The notes beneath the pieces were generated by a model. That model saw nothing but the letters and a program-made list of their open reading frames with translations. It was not told where the DNA came from and made no database searches. A DNA stretch of 64,000 nt, from positions 28,830,001-28,894,000 of the forward strand of contig OZ024743.1 in the NCBI GenBank assembly GCA_964016885.1. Direction: 5' to 3'. Each line of letters opens with the position of its first letter. Position 1 is the stretch's first letter. The stretch comes from Eledone cirrhosa (Eukaryota). A program made the position numbers and the translations under genes. Shown one piece after another: positions 40,406 to 54,369 of the stretch.

Positions 40406-40830
40406 GTTCTTTGAGTCTCAGTCATTGATGTTAGTTAACTGGAAAGTTTGTTGAAATGAATATCAAGCCACTACCTGCAGCCTCAGATATTCAGGACGTA
40501 TCGGAGGGTTCTTGCTGTTCCCAGCAAGCATGCCTTTTGAAGTGTTACAAAAAGCGGGGCGGGGCCAATTTTCTTTAACCATCCCTGGAAACTTTTTGAG
40601 ATTATTATTATTATTATTATTATTGGCGACCTACGTAGTAAATCGTATCATCGTGAGCTCCGCAAAGGTTTGTTATTTCCGTTTGTTAAAAATTGTCATT
40701 TATGGAAAATTTTATTGTTAACTGTTTATAAGCGCACATACATTGTTTTCCGAAAAGGACACCCAAAAAGATTGGGGCCTTGTGCCCAAAATTTAAACTT
40801 TTATTATTATCAAAAATTTCTTTGAAAAAA

Positions 40831-42815
40831 ATGGCTAATTCACCTCTGCAACAAGCAGCTGAAAGCCTTCCTCACAAATTAACACCTCACACCGACACCA
40901 CCATTGTAAATGTTACTACGTTTGCCAACACAAAAAAAAATATAAGCAGTAAAAATATTTTTAATTTGTCTCAGGCAGACATTCATTTCCCGCCATTACC
41001 AATGACTGCAGGTGTTAAAGCCTCCACCACCACCACCACCACCACCACCACCGCGACAACAGAAACAAAAGAAGAAAAAAATAAATTAACTCGTGATGTC
41101 GAAATTAAATCAAGCAAAATGGACTCTTCGCCACCAAAGACGACTGACGTCACCACCACCACAACTGAAACTAAAATTAATATTAACGATAGCAACAACA
41201 ACAACAATGACATTATAACCCCCCCCCCCCCTCAGTTTCGCCAGAGTAGCAAAACAATTCGAAGCATTTACGGTAACTCAGAAAGATTTAGAAAATGCCA
41301 AACAAATGGTAAAGAAAGATGGGTACAGGGTCAGCCTCACCCCCCCCCCCCCCCCCCACCTAATAAAATGGAGCATCGGCGCCTATGCACCGTGTCGTAT
41401 AGAACAATAAATGTAAAATCGCGCCGAGTGGAACGGGCATCCGAGTCCCAAATCCAAAAAGCTTTGGGACATGTGTGGGCAAGAAAAACCCACATCAGAC
41501 GTGGGCAAAAGTATGGAACCGTGGACGTGTTCTTCGAAACACCAGAGGAGGCTAGAGAACACTCCATAGCCCCATTAAAAAGTAACGACTTGACACTCGT
41601 CCCAAGCTATTGTGGCCAGAGACTCGTAAAGATCAGGGTGACCCACGTTCCACCGGCCATCGAAATTCCCTGGCTAATAGCGGCCGTCCTCGCCGGCATC
41701 GAAGCCAACACGAAAATAATAGCAATAGCAAAAGAAAAGCAGGAAAACTGGTCCGGATCTGGGATGGAGCTCCTGATCCAAGCGGACCAAAAAAGCATTG
41801 AGGAGATCCCAGAGGTAATAGACCTCACTGACGGCAGCCACCTCACGGTAATTGTCGAGGGCAGAAGACCTAGGTGTGTCGTTTGTGGTGAAGGAACCCA
41901 CCTAAGGGCTTTCTGCCCTCAGGCTAAAAGGTTGAGGCCACCTCTCCTACCCACCCCAGTGACACAACCATCAACACCACCAGTAGCAGAGATGGCAGCA
42001 ACAACTGTAGCAGCAACAACAGAAGCAACTATAACAGCAACAACCCCAGCAACAGTAGCAAAACCAACACCACCACCACCACCAGCAAAACCAACACCAA
42101 CACCACCCAACGCTTCAGAACTAGCACCAGCGCCTACACCATCCACCACGCCACAATCAAAACTAACGGCTGTGGAGGATTTTCCACTCCCCGGCCTATC
42201 ACAACTGGAGACAGATTGTGACGACGAGGAGTGGGAAACGATATCCGGAAAAAAAAAAGAAACCAAAAAAGAAAAAATTCTCTTCCTTCCCCCTCCAAAA
42301 ACAAAATACAGAGGGAAACAAATAAATTAAGAAACAAAAAAGTTAGGACAGATATGCCACCATCCACACCAGCATCACCAACCCCATCAACCCAAACACC
42401 AACACCATCACCATCATTAACCCCAACACCACCATCACCTACACCACAAAAGTCACCAAAATGCGAAACAGAAACAAACCCACAACAAACGCAAACAAAA
42501 CAAAACAACCAAAACGATACACACTACACAGCATTAAATTTGAACAATAAGCAATTATTACACTACATCCAACACAACACCAGCATCACAGAAAAAGACT
42601 ACACAACAACCCTAAAATTCACACCACCTCCACACATACAAATCACTCGCATCACACAGAAAACGTACATGACACTAAAACAAAAATTCCCCAAAGACAT
42701 CGGAGACTTCCGACAAGCACTCTCCAGGAGGATTTATAAGGACATCCTTCCTGAGGAGGCCACAAGCAGTGAAAAGGATGGAAAAACCGTCCTTCCCCTA
42801 CGAGAAGTAAGGTAA
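40831..42815 (+). CDS. LINE ORF1 (gag-like, CCHC knuckle); one frameshift at the A-run ~42249-42258
   Basis: ATG at 40831; VEGRRPRCVVCGEGTHLRAFC (CX2CX4HX4C); Pro/Thr-rich tail continues in the 42231-42815 frame. Confidence 0.8.
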
Positions 42816-42849
42816 GTGGTCTTTCCCATCTTTTCCACTCCTTTTCAAC

Positions 42850-45800
42850 ATGACCTCACTCAGAATAGGCAGCATAAATGCGCGTGGCTTGGGGTCGTCA
42901 TGGAAGCAGGGCCACCTGCTCAACGACCTCAGGTCACTAAACATAGATGTAGTGGCCATCAGCGAGACCAGAATCTCCAAAGCACAAGCTTTCGCACCGA
43001 TCTTCGGCGGCTACGATGTGTACGCATCTCCCAGCCGTCCGGGATCGGGGGGGGGAGTTGCTGTGCTTTTTCGGAGAGGTTTGGATCTTGCCATACGGGC
43101 CATCTTCCTGGACCCAGAGGGTAAGTTGGTGGTGCTGGACGTGACCAGCGGAGACGGGCAAGCTTTCAGGTTAGTGGCCGTCTATGCCCCGACAGGAGCA
43201 GGGCGGCCTGATTTCTTCCGGCGTCTGGAGATCTTTCTTGGAACGTCCCGCTCTTTAGTGTTAGTGGGAGACTGGAACGGGATCTTAGATGCACGCTGGG
43301 ATTGTGTGGGATTAGTGGATAGGGAAGGAGGGTGCAAGAGTCTCACCAACCTGCTCAGACGTTTTGAACTGTCTGACAGGTACCGAATGAATTTCCCGAA
43401 TGTACCAATGTGGACTTGGACAAATCGCATAGGGTCATCCAGATCATATCTAGATAGAGTATTTTGTAGGGAAATAGATAGGTCTAGCATAGGCTGTCCA
43501 CAATTCAAGATAGTCAGCTACACGGACCACAAATTCGTGATCTGTGTGCTTGACTTAGATAGGCTTCATAGACGAGGACCCGGCTACTGGAAGCTAAACG
43601 CGTCCTTACCAGCGCGCAAGGCCTACAGAGACCGGATTAGCGAACTAGTTAAGCGGGCGTTGACGGGGGCCATCGTCAACAACAAGTGGTGGTTTGCTCT
43701 GAAAAGAGCAATTAGAATAGAGTCCATTAGGTTTAGTAAGACTTTAGCAATAGAGAAAAATAGAGCAGAGGGAGAATTAGTTAGAAAGTTAGATGAGGCG
43801 CTTAGCAAAGGCATCGCGACCGACGTACTTGCGGCGAAATTGGCCCTTGACCAATTCTTCAATGCAAAGCACGAAGGCTGCGTTGTCAGAGCTAGGGTGC
43901 GTGCTCTCAGACACGAGGGGATGAAAGCCGTTCAATGGGCCCGAGTGGCGGAGGCGCGTCGTGGCAACAAAGCCACGAACCGGTCTTTGGTGGACCACGA
44001 CGGGCGCATGCTACTCGATCCCGGGCAAATGTGTGAAGCTTTTCAGCGACACTTCGCTCAATTGTTCGGGGGCAGTGGCGGGCCGGATCGAGGGATGGAC
44101 TTTAGTGTCTACCTCGACGGACTGCCGCGGCTTTCGGCCACTGAGGCGGAGTGTTGCGAAAAGCCGATAACAACCGCTGAAGTACGGGATGCAATGACTA
44201 GTTGCACAAGGGGTAAATCGCCTGGTTTGGATGGTCTGCCCTATGAACTTTACGTACAAATGCCAAACTTGTTCGGAGGCCTCTTGGCGGACGTCTACTG
44301 CAACTGGCAACAGAACGGGAGAATTCCCAGCTCTGTGAGCCGAGGAGCGGTGGCGCGCTGAGAAAGGATCTGAACAAGGGGGATAACATAGATAATTTTA
44401 GGCCCATAACTCTGCTAAACACAGAGTTCAAGATTTTGGCCAAGGTGCTAGCAAAGAGGTTGGCGCTTGTCGTTGGTGGTCTGGTGGGAGAGGCACAGAC
44501 ATGCGCCATTCCCGACAGATCCATCCACGACAACCTCCACCTCATGCGATACATCGTAGAGAGAGTAGCTAGGGAACCTGGCACGGGTGGGTCTTTGATC
44601 AATTTAGATCAGTCGAAAGCCTTCGATAGGGTCGACCATCGTTACCTAGCGGCAGTCCTGAGGGCGGCTGGCTTTGGGCCCGTCTTCAGAGGCTGGATCG
44701 CTGCCATGCACAGCGACATCTGTTCTGTAGTGAGAGTGAACGGTCACCTTTCGGAACCGTTCAACATCATGCGCTCGGTCCGCCAAGGATGTCCCCTCTC
44801 GTCCCTATTGTACGTATTGACTCTCGAGCCATTACTGCACAAACTGGAGACGTTGAGGGGGGTCCCGCGCGAACTAGGATGCGGAAGATCCGTGTCAGCA
44901 TATGCCGACGATGTCACCGTAGTGGTGTCGAACGCCAAACACATCGAGGCGATCGGCACTACACTAAGAGAATACGAAGCGGTGACAGGAGCAATGATCA
45001 ACCAGGAAAAGTCAGTGGGCCTGCAGCTCGGCACCTGGAGAGGCAGGTCCATGCCGTCCAACAGCGTCGTCGGGCGCTGGACGGACGGAACGGTTAAATT
45101 GCTAGGGGTCTGGTTCGGTCCAGACCTCCAGACGGACAAAAACTGGGACGAGGTGACGAGCAGGGTGGCTTCTCTCACCCAGAAATGGGCCGAGAGGAAG
45201 CTATCCCTGAAAGGTCGAGCGGAGGTGGCGAATGCGTACATCGCATCCGTCATCTACTACCGCCTGACCGTCGTACCTTGTCCTAAGCCCCGCCTGACTG
45301 CGCTGGAGCGTTTGCTCTTTCGCTTCTTGTGGAAGGGACACGCTCCGATGGTCAGGCGGTCCATCTGCTGTCAACACCCGCTACGTGGAGGGCTGGGCAT
45401 GCCGTGGCTGATGATGCGCAGACACGCGCTCAGGCTACGACATCTCCACCTCTTCCTCGACAGTGATCAGGTGTGGTCGCCGTTTGCTAGACACATTTTT
45501 CCCCAGCTCGTCTCCTTGACGGAGCTGCAGTCCTGGGTCAAGCGAAGACCGAGAGGGAGTGCTTGGAGACTGGAATGTCTTCAGGCGCTCACAGCCCTCG
45601 ACCAATCGGGCAATGTGATCGGTGGAAACTCCACCTTGGCGTTCTATAGGGGATTAGTGGAGGGGAAGAGCGACGACGTACTTGGAGAAACTCTAGGCGT
45701 CGACGAAAATCAACTAGCCAATCTTTTCGGAAGGACTTTCGGGCCGGGGCCTATGGACAACTTCCAGAAATCCCTGGCCTGGCAGTGCTACCGAGGAGCT

Positions 45801-46268
45801 TTGCCAGTTCGGGATAAACTCTACAGGCATGGAGGTGCCGTCAGCCGGGCATGTCCGAGATGCGCGCAGGGCGACGAAAGCGTCCTGCACGCACTCGTCC
45901 AGTGTCCGAGCATTGCTGACTTGTGGGTTTATGTCGAACACCTGCTGTCACGTGTAGGACGGATCCAGCTATCAGCTGAGTCCATCGTGAGGATTGCCCC
46001 GCCCCCTTCCTTTAGCCGGGAAGGGCAGGCAGTTTTTATCTGTCTGGTGGCCATGGCGAAAGAGATAGTATTGTGGACACGTTTGAAAGGGCTGAAGACG
46101 AGCACTTTCCTCTTCGGTGATGCCCTGATTAACTTTTTCAAATTTCATTTGAAAAGGAAAATCAGGGTAGAGAGGGAAGTGCTCTCTTCCCAGCATTTTG
46201 TTGAAAGATGGGTGAGAGAAGCAAGTATGGCCCGAATGAATGGGCCTTCTCTGAGTATGTGTCTGTAA
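42850..46268 (+). CDS. LINE ORF2 (APE endonuclease, RT, C-terminal zinc finger); one frameshift near 44355
   Basis: SINARGL, AISET, VYAP, GDWN, SYLDR, TDH; KSPGLDGLP, FRPITLLN, DQSKAFDRVDH, RQGCPLS, YADD; CPRC...HALVQC. Confidence 0.93.
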
Positions 46269-46509
46269 ATTAAAGGTGGAAAACTGGGAGAGGGCACTTG
46301 CCCTGGTGGTCAGGGCCACTGTGGTCTTTAATGGGCTTTCTCCACAAATGTCCCTCGGAAGTCTCCCCCCTATTGGGGAATTTTTCTTTGTTATTTTATT
46401 TCAACCTCTGTTTTTTTACACGCAGAAATGCCCATTTGTACCGTCCTGTATTGTCCTGTACTGTCCTTAATGTCTACTTTATGTGAACCCTTGTGGTTAA
46501 TAAAGAAAA

Positions 46510-46567
<58 letters not shown>

Positions 46568-46919
46568 GGAGCAGTATATTTATAGTCTTGACTATTATAT
46601 CTTAATATCATTTACCTTGCTGTTAACACTGCAATATTTGTTTCTTTTCTACAGATAGATGACCTATAAATTACTCATGGCTGCATAGTTGCAGTTATTT
46701 CAATAAGAAAATAAATTAGATACCACCAGTCATCATATGTTTCTGAGGCGATAAATGCACGTGTGTGCCACGTGAAACTCTATGGGTGTGATTTTTTTTT
46801 TGGAGGGGGGGGGGGGTCTTTTTGTATATGAAAATGTGCATATTTTGATTGTAATCCTCAAACTACATATATGTGCAAATTATTGGTTCTAATTTAATAT
46901 TAGTTCCTTGTGAGGGTAG

Positions 46920-47520
46920 TCTATTGGCAGTATCAGTAGAGCGTCAGACACCATGCTCTGAAGCATATAGTTATGGCCCTTTACGTTCTGAGTTCAAATC
47001 CCGCTGATGTCAACTTTGTCTTTCGTCCTTCAGAGATTGATAAAATAAAGTACTGATTAAGTACTGGCTTTCTGCCTGAATTTGGCAGTATCGGTAGAGG
47101 GTCGGACGCCCTGTTTTCCAGCATAGTTACGTGCCTTTACGGTCTGAGTTCAAATTACGCCGAGGTTAACTTTGCCTTTCATCCTTACGGTGTCGATAAA
47201 ATAAAGTACCAGTAATGAACTGGGTAATTGCTGGCCTTGTGCCGAAAGTAGAAACAATTATTCATGTTATCATATTATAAATTGGTGAAGTGGCAATCTT
47301 TAGACTATCATATTAAATGTCTCACGGTATATGTTCCGGCTCTATTTGCAAACGTCAGAGTTCAAACACCGCCAAGGTCAACATTGTATGAAAGAGATAT
47401 AGAGGAAGAATCCACCCCAGTACTACACTGGCACTTTTTTTTATCGACCTCGAAAGGATGAAAGGCAAAGTTGACCTCGGCGGGATTTGAACTCAGAGAG
47501 AAGAGAGCCAGAACGAATAC
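46920..47520. mobile_element. SINE cluster (46920-47065 +, 47082-47262 +, 47410-47520 -)
   Basis: A/B boxes and core motif repeated. Confidence 0.85.
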
Positions 47521-48140
47521 CGTGTGTGTGCAGGTGCATGTGTTTTGTTATATTATATTGCCTTAATTAAATTACTTCTTATCCCCCACCCCAGTTTAAA
47601 ACCCTGTCACCTTCAGCCCTACAATTAATCACAGGTGTACAGGACAATTCAGTTCAAAGTTTAGAGTGAGCTAATCGAAGAAGATAGATATTATCGATTT
47701 GTTTTGGTTGGGTTTTGTCTCGTTTCTGTTTGTTTCTACAAATATGCATCTGGTCTAAACTTGTAATTTATGCAAACAGTGCTCACAACATTCTAATTAG
47801 TAATTAGTAACTAAGATCATCAAATCACGGATTCATTCCATGCATATAACCCCTAATTAATGAGTTCTGCTATAAGTTTAATTAGTAACTCATCAACGCT
47901 ATGCCATTGCTTGATTCAATCTCTTTTGGTTGGATTAATTAAAGAACAAAAATACCAAAAGAGTAAATAGAAGACGAAGATGCCATTAAACCATGATATT
48001 TAGTACTGCAGGCAATGAAATATCATTTCGTCTTTGATTAAATCTGAAGGAGTGTGCTGCATAAATAAACATTAAGGATTTCAGTTAAACATAGACATGC
48101 ATACATACACACGCCCACGCACACACATGCACACACACAT

Positions 48141-48186
<46 letters not shown>

Positions 48187-48221
48187 GCATATATATATAT
48201 ATAAAAATACATATATATATA

Positions 48222-48309
<88 letters not shown>

Positions 48310-48310
<1 letters not shown>

Positions 48311-48575
48311 TCCCAAAAGTCAGCCCAAAAGTGACACAGAGGAGACTGAGGTTAGCTGGACATGCTCACCGACATCCAGAGTTGACATTGCACTCAGTGC
48401 TCCTTTGGGAGCCCCTACATGGACACACTAGAAGAGGAAGACCAAGGTTAACGTATGTTGATGCCCTAAGGACAGACACTGGTCTATTGGAGACGCAGGA
48501 CATGGCAGCGATAATGAGGGACAGAGACCTCTGGAGAGAACTCGTCCATGGATCTCGGGAATTTTACCCGCCTTA
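48310..48575 (+). mobile_element. RTE-clade LINE 3' fragment
   Basis: [14 protein letters not shown]...GRPRLTYVDAL...RDRDLWRELV; same family as 4753-4990. Confidence 0.8.
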
Positions 48576-48587
48576 GAAGAATATATA

Positions 48588-48972
48588 TATATTAATTCAA
48601 AATATTAACAAAAATAGACATTCGTGTGATCAAGTATATTTTATTATACATATTTCAGAGGTACTGAGCTATCTTCAACAGTACGTCCTCATCAGATAAA
48701 ATAAGATGATGCATGACATACCCTGACTTAGTAGATGGTTAAGATTCAGTCATGTCATGCATCATCTTATTTTATCTGATGAGGACGTACTGTTGAAGAT
48801 AGCTTAGTACCTCTGAAATATGTATAATAAAATATACTTGATCACACGAATGTCTATTTTTGTTAATATTTTGAATTAATATTAATAACTCCAGGAAACC
48901 ATTTTGTTGAGTGCTTCCAATCTATTGTAAAACACATTCTTTGATTTATTCATTGAACCTTGTTTAACCTTT
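48588..48972. mobile_element. Hammerhead-bearing fold-back element C (arms ~48588-48719 / 48751-48883; right arm extends to ~48972)
   Basis: ~130-bp arms with about 1 mismatch and a ~31-bp loop; bounded by (TA)n. Confidence 0.85.
48768..48834 (+). ncRNA. Minimal type I hammerhead ribozyme (mirror 48637-48703 on minus)
   Basis: TATTTTAT-CTGATGA-GGACGTACTG...TAGTACCTCT-GAAA-TATGTA-TA-ATAAAATA. Confidence 0.78.
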
Positions 48973-49312
48973 ATATATATATATATATATATTTCTTTAA
49001 GTCGTTTGGCAGCTTACCTTGGGAGAGATTTAATTGTCCCTATATATTTCGGATTCACATCTATCAACTGAGTTTTATATATATATATATATATATATAT
49101 TAGGTTATGCAAGAAATGCTTAGGATTATCCTGAATGCAGTAATAGTTAATTACTACACTAGATAGAGTCGACGTACGATGAGGGGTTACTCAACGAATT
49201 ATAAAAGAACAGTTAAAGCAACTAAGTTTTTTTATTCTTCTATATTCCGGAGAGTAGATAAAGAATGATTAATAAAACAGGCAGACATCATAAAAATGTA
49301 ATTTATTCCAAG

Positions 49313-49541
49313 TGTTTACAAATGTTTCTTTAGTAGTTACACAGCCTAGTCATGCTATATGCAAATTGGTAGTTATTAATTGGCAGATACTCAATTTTCA
49401 AATGCTGTTCGTACCACCATCCGTTCTGAAGAATTGGTGGTACGAACAGCATTTGTAAATTGAGTATCTGCAAATTAATAACTACCAATTTGCATATAGC
49501 ATGACTAGGCTGTGTAACTACTAAAGAAACATTTGTAAACA
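49313..49541. repeat. Fold-back F (arms 49313-49419 / 49435-49541) containing a long-stem-II hammerhead-like fold at 49423-49540 (+)
   Basis: GTT-CTGAAGA-ATTGGTGGT...ACTACTAAA-GAAA-CATTTG-TA-AAC; ~107-bp arms. Confidence 0.7.
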
Positions 49542-49686
49542 TTATATATATATATATATAATTGGTGTGGGATGCTTAAAGCGTCCGTAAGCGGTAGGCC
49601 GTTTGAGCACTCGATGCTCTTACAGAGCAGAGTATAAAATCACATAAGAAACGGAGAATCAGTGGTGCGACGAATAAGATTTATTA

Positions 49687-49781
49687 GATATATTACAATC
49701 GTTTCTCTGGCGACTAGCTCGAGGCACGATCGATGCAAAGATCAAACCTGACTCTGAAATCGGAAGATCCTCAGATACGTC
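49687..49781 (-). ncRNA. Type I hammerhead-like fold with long stem II domain
   Basis: Minus: GACGTAT-CTGAGGA-TCT...AGA-GAAA-CGATTG-TA-ATATATC, then AATAAA and ACTC...GAGTGCT. Confidence 0.65.
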
Positions 49782-49858
49782 TCGATTCTATGAAGCAGAG
49801 TTTCTGAAATTTCCAAAAACAGATTAATTATTTTATGTAAGTAAATGAGAACGAATAT

Positions 49859-49960
<102 letters not shown>

Positions 49961-50019
49961 AGCAAAGCATACCGACTAGTTAAGACAAAATTATGTAGAC
50001 ACACGTGAATGCATACTAG

Positions 50020-53000
50020 CACAGACATACACAGGCACACACAGACACACACCGACACATACTGACACGCACAGACACACACAGGCACACACAGACACAC
50101 ACAGACACACACAAACACACACAGACACACACATGTACACACAGACACACACAGACACACACAGGTACACACAGACACACATAGACACACACAGACACAC
50201 ACAGGCACACACAGGCACACACAGCACACACAGGCACACACGGGCACACACAGACACACACACACACACAGACACACACAGACACACAGAGGCACATACA
50301 GACACACACAGACACACACAGGCACACACAGACACACACAGACACACACAGGCACACACAGACACACACAGACACACACAGACACACACAGGCACACACA
50401 TACACACACAGACACACACAGGCACACACAGCCACACACAGGCACACACAGACACACACAGGCACACACAGCCACACACAGGCACACACAGGCACACACA
50501 GACACACACAGATACACAGAGACACATACAGGCACACACAGACACACACAGACACACACAGGCACACACAGACACACACAGCACACACAGGCACACACGG
50601 GTACACACAGGCACACACAGACACACAGAGACACACAGGCACGCACAGACACACACAGACACACACAGGCACACACAGGCACACACAGCCACACACAGGC
50701 ACACACAGACACACACAGGCACACACAGCCACACACAGGCACACACAGGCACACACAGACACACACAGATACACAGAGACACATACAGTCACACACAGAC
50801 ACACACAGACACACAGAGGCACATACAGACAAACACAGACACACACAGGCACACACAGACACACACAGACACACACAGGCACACACAGACACACACAGAC
50901 ACACACAGGCACACACAGACACACACAGACACACACAGGCACACGCAGCCACACACAGGCACACACAGACACACACAGGCACACACAGCCACACACAGGC
51001 ACACACAGGCACACACGGGTACACACAGGCACACACAGACACACAGAGACACACAGGCACGCACAGACACACACAGACACACAGAGACACAGACAAACAC
51101 ACACAGGCACACACATACACACACAGACACACACAGACACACACAGACACACACAAACACACACAGGCACACACGGACACACACAGACACACACAAACAC
51201 ACACAGGCACACACAGACACACACAGCACACACACAGCACACACAGGCACACACGGGCACACACAGGCACACACAGACACACATAGACACACAGGCACAC
51301 ACAGACACACACACACACACACACAGACACAGACAAACACACACAGGCATACACAGGCACACACAGACACACACAGACACACAGAGACAGACACAGGCAC
51401 ACACAGACACACACAGACACACACAAACCCACACAGGCACACACAGGCAAACACAGACACACACAGACAGACACAGGCACACACAGCCACACACAGGCAC
51501 ACACAGTCACACACAGACACACACAGACACACACAGGCACACACAGACACACACAAGCACACACAGACACACACAGGCACACACAGGTACACACAGGCAC
51601 ACACAAACACACACAGGCACACACAGACACACACAGACACACACAGCACACACAGGCACACACAGGCACACACAGACACACACAGGCACACACAGACACA
51701 CAGAGGCACACACAGACACACACAGACACACACAGGCACACACAGACACACACAGACACACACAGGCACACACAGACACACACAGACACACACAGGCACA
51801 CGCAGCCACACACAGGCACACACAGACACACACAGGCACACACAGCCACACACAGGCACACACAGGCACACACGGGTACACACAGGCACACACAGACACA
51901 CAGAGACACACAGGCACGCACAGACACACACAGACACACACAGACACAGACAAACACACACAGGCACACACATACACACACAGACACACACAGACACACA
52001 CAGACACACACAAACACACACAGGCACACACGGACACACACAGACACACACAAACACACACATGCACACACAGACACACACAGCACACACACAGCACACA
52101 CAGGCACACACGGGCACACACAGGCACACACAGACACACATAGACACACAGGCACACACAGACACACACAGACACACACAGCACACACAGGCACACACAG
52201 GCACACACAGACACACACAGGCACACACAGGCAAACACAGACACACACAGACAGACACAGGCACACACAGCCACACACAGGCACACACAGTCACACACAG
52301 ACACACACAGACACACACAGGCACACACAGACACACACAAGCACACACAGACACACACAGGCACACACAGGTACACACAGGCACACACAAACACACACAC
52401 ACACACACACAGGCAAACACAGACACACACAGACAGACACAGGCACACACAGCCACACACAGGCACACACAGTCACACACAGACACACACAGACACACAC
52501 AGGCACACACAGACACACACAAGCACACACAGACACACACAGGCACACACAGGTACACACAGGCACACACAAACACACACAGGCACACACAGACACACAC
52601 AGACACACACAGCACACACAGGCACACACAGGCACACACAGACACACACAGGCACACACAGACACACAGAGGCACACACAGACACACACAGACACACACA
52701 GACGACACACACAGACACACACAGGCACACACAGGCACACACAGATACACACAGGTACACACAGACAGACACAGGCACACACAGACACACACAGGCACAC
52801 ATAGACACACACAGACACACACAGGCACACACAGACACACAAAGGCACACACAGACACACACAGACACACACAAGCACACACAGACACACACATGCACAC
52901 ACAGGCACACACAGACACACACAAACACAAACAGACACACACAGACACACACAGGCACATACAGACACACACAGACACACACAGGCACACACAGACACAC

Positions 53001-53622
53001 ACAGACACACACAGGCCCACACAGACACACACAGACACACACAGACATACACAGGCACACACAGACACACACAGGCACACACATACACATACAGACACAC
53101 ACAGGCACACACAGACACACACAGACACACACAGGCACACACAGACACACACAGACACACACAGGCACACACAGGCACACACAGACACACACAGGCACAC
53201 GCAGACACACACAGACACACACAGACACACACAGGTACTCACAGACACACACAGACACACACAGGCACACACAGACACACACAAACACACACAGACACAC
53301 ACAGACACACACAGACACACACAGACACACACAGGCACACACAGACACACACAGGCACACACAGGCACACACAGGCACACACAGACACACACAGGTACAC
53401 ACAGACACACACATATACACACAGGTACACACAGACACACACAGACACACACAGACACACACAGGCACACACAGGCACACACAGCACACACAGGCACACA
53501 CGGGCACACACAGACACACACAGACACACACAGACACACACAGGCACACACAGGCACACACACTCACACACAGACACACACAGACACACACAGACACACA
53601 CAGGCACACACAGACACACACA
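50020..53622. repeat. ~3.6-kb minisatellite, 10-bp unit CAG(A/G)CACACA
   Basis: Direct inspection; variant units recur in blocks. Confidence 0.97.
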
Positions 53623-53839
53623 GTACTTGTCTTTGCCGTATTTATCTTTGGAACAGTCTGAGGATATGGTGATACTCTTTACAATGATGTGCTACTATCG
53701 ATCATTTCTCTCACAATGTTGAAGTTTGAAAGCATTCTTAACTCTTTTATTGAGCAGGGAGTTAGTAGCTCTTTCCTGTTGCTGATTAACGAAGACCCAC
53801 CGGTCTAAGTGGGATGTTATGTGTCCATCAAAGACAGGG

Positions 53840-53945
53840 GTCTCCCCTATTTCCAGAGAGACCTGCCTACATGCAAATTGTAAATAGTATATAATAAATA
53901 AAATCGTTAATTTATATATAATAAATAATATAATATATACTATGT
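53840..53945 (+). repeat. Dispersed repeat shared with 58985-59285 and 34930-34975; hAT-like left ends CAG(A/G)GGTTCTCAAAC at ~34897 and ~58925
   Basis: GACCTGCCTACATGCAAATTG.AAATA.TATATAATAAATAAAATCGTTAATTT shared. Confidence 0.5.
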
Positions 53946-54230
53946 ATAAATATATATTATATATTTTTTATTTTACTATATTTATATATATATATCATTT
54001 AATATTTAATAAACTATTATATCATCTCTACCGACACCCTACCATCCCTTTAGGCTCCAGTGCCCACCAGGACTTTCTCAATATCCCCGGGCTGGGGGAC
54101 TCAAGGAGATACTACTCTTCTTGACAAAAACGTTCGAATCCTATATATTGTGATATATGTGATTATGTTTATATTTGTACTGATAAGATAATTGTTCCTC
54201 TTCGAGTTTCGATTGAAATATTTGAATCCA

Positions 54231-54288
54231 GCTATGAATGGGTCACAAAGCTATGAATGGGTCACAAAGCTATGAATGGGTCACAAAG
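54231..54288 (+). repeat. 19-bp tandem repeat x3
   Basis: AGCTATGAATGGGTCACAA three times. Confidence 0.9.
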
Positions 54289-54369
54289 AACAGCTACACA
54301 CAATCACACACATTACCTATTCAAGCGTTCGTCCACTACTCTCAAGATGTTATTATTTTCACTGTTCAT

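Larger units (their letters stand above)
40625..46567 (+). mobile_element. Near-full-length Tx1/L1-like LINE flanked by (TTA)n on both sides
   Basis: ORF1 with zinc knuckle, ORF2 APE-RT-zinc finger, 3' UTR with AATAAA (~46499) and (TTA)n tail; 5' flank (ATT)8 at 40601-40624. Confidence 0.93.
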
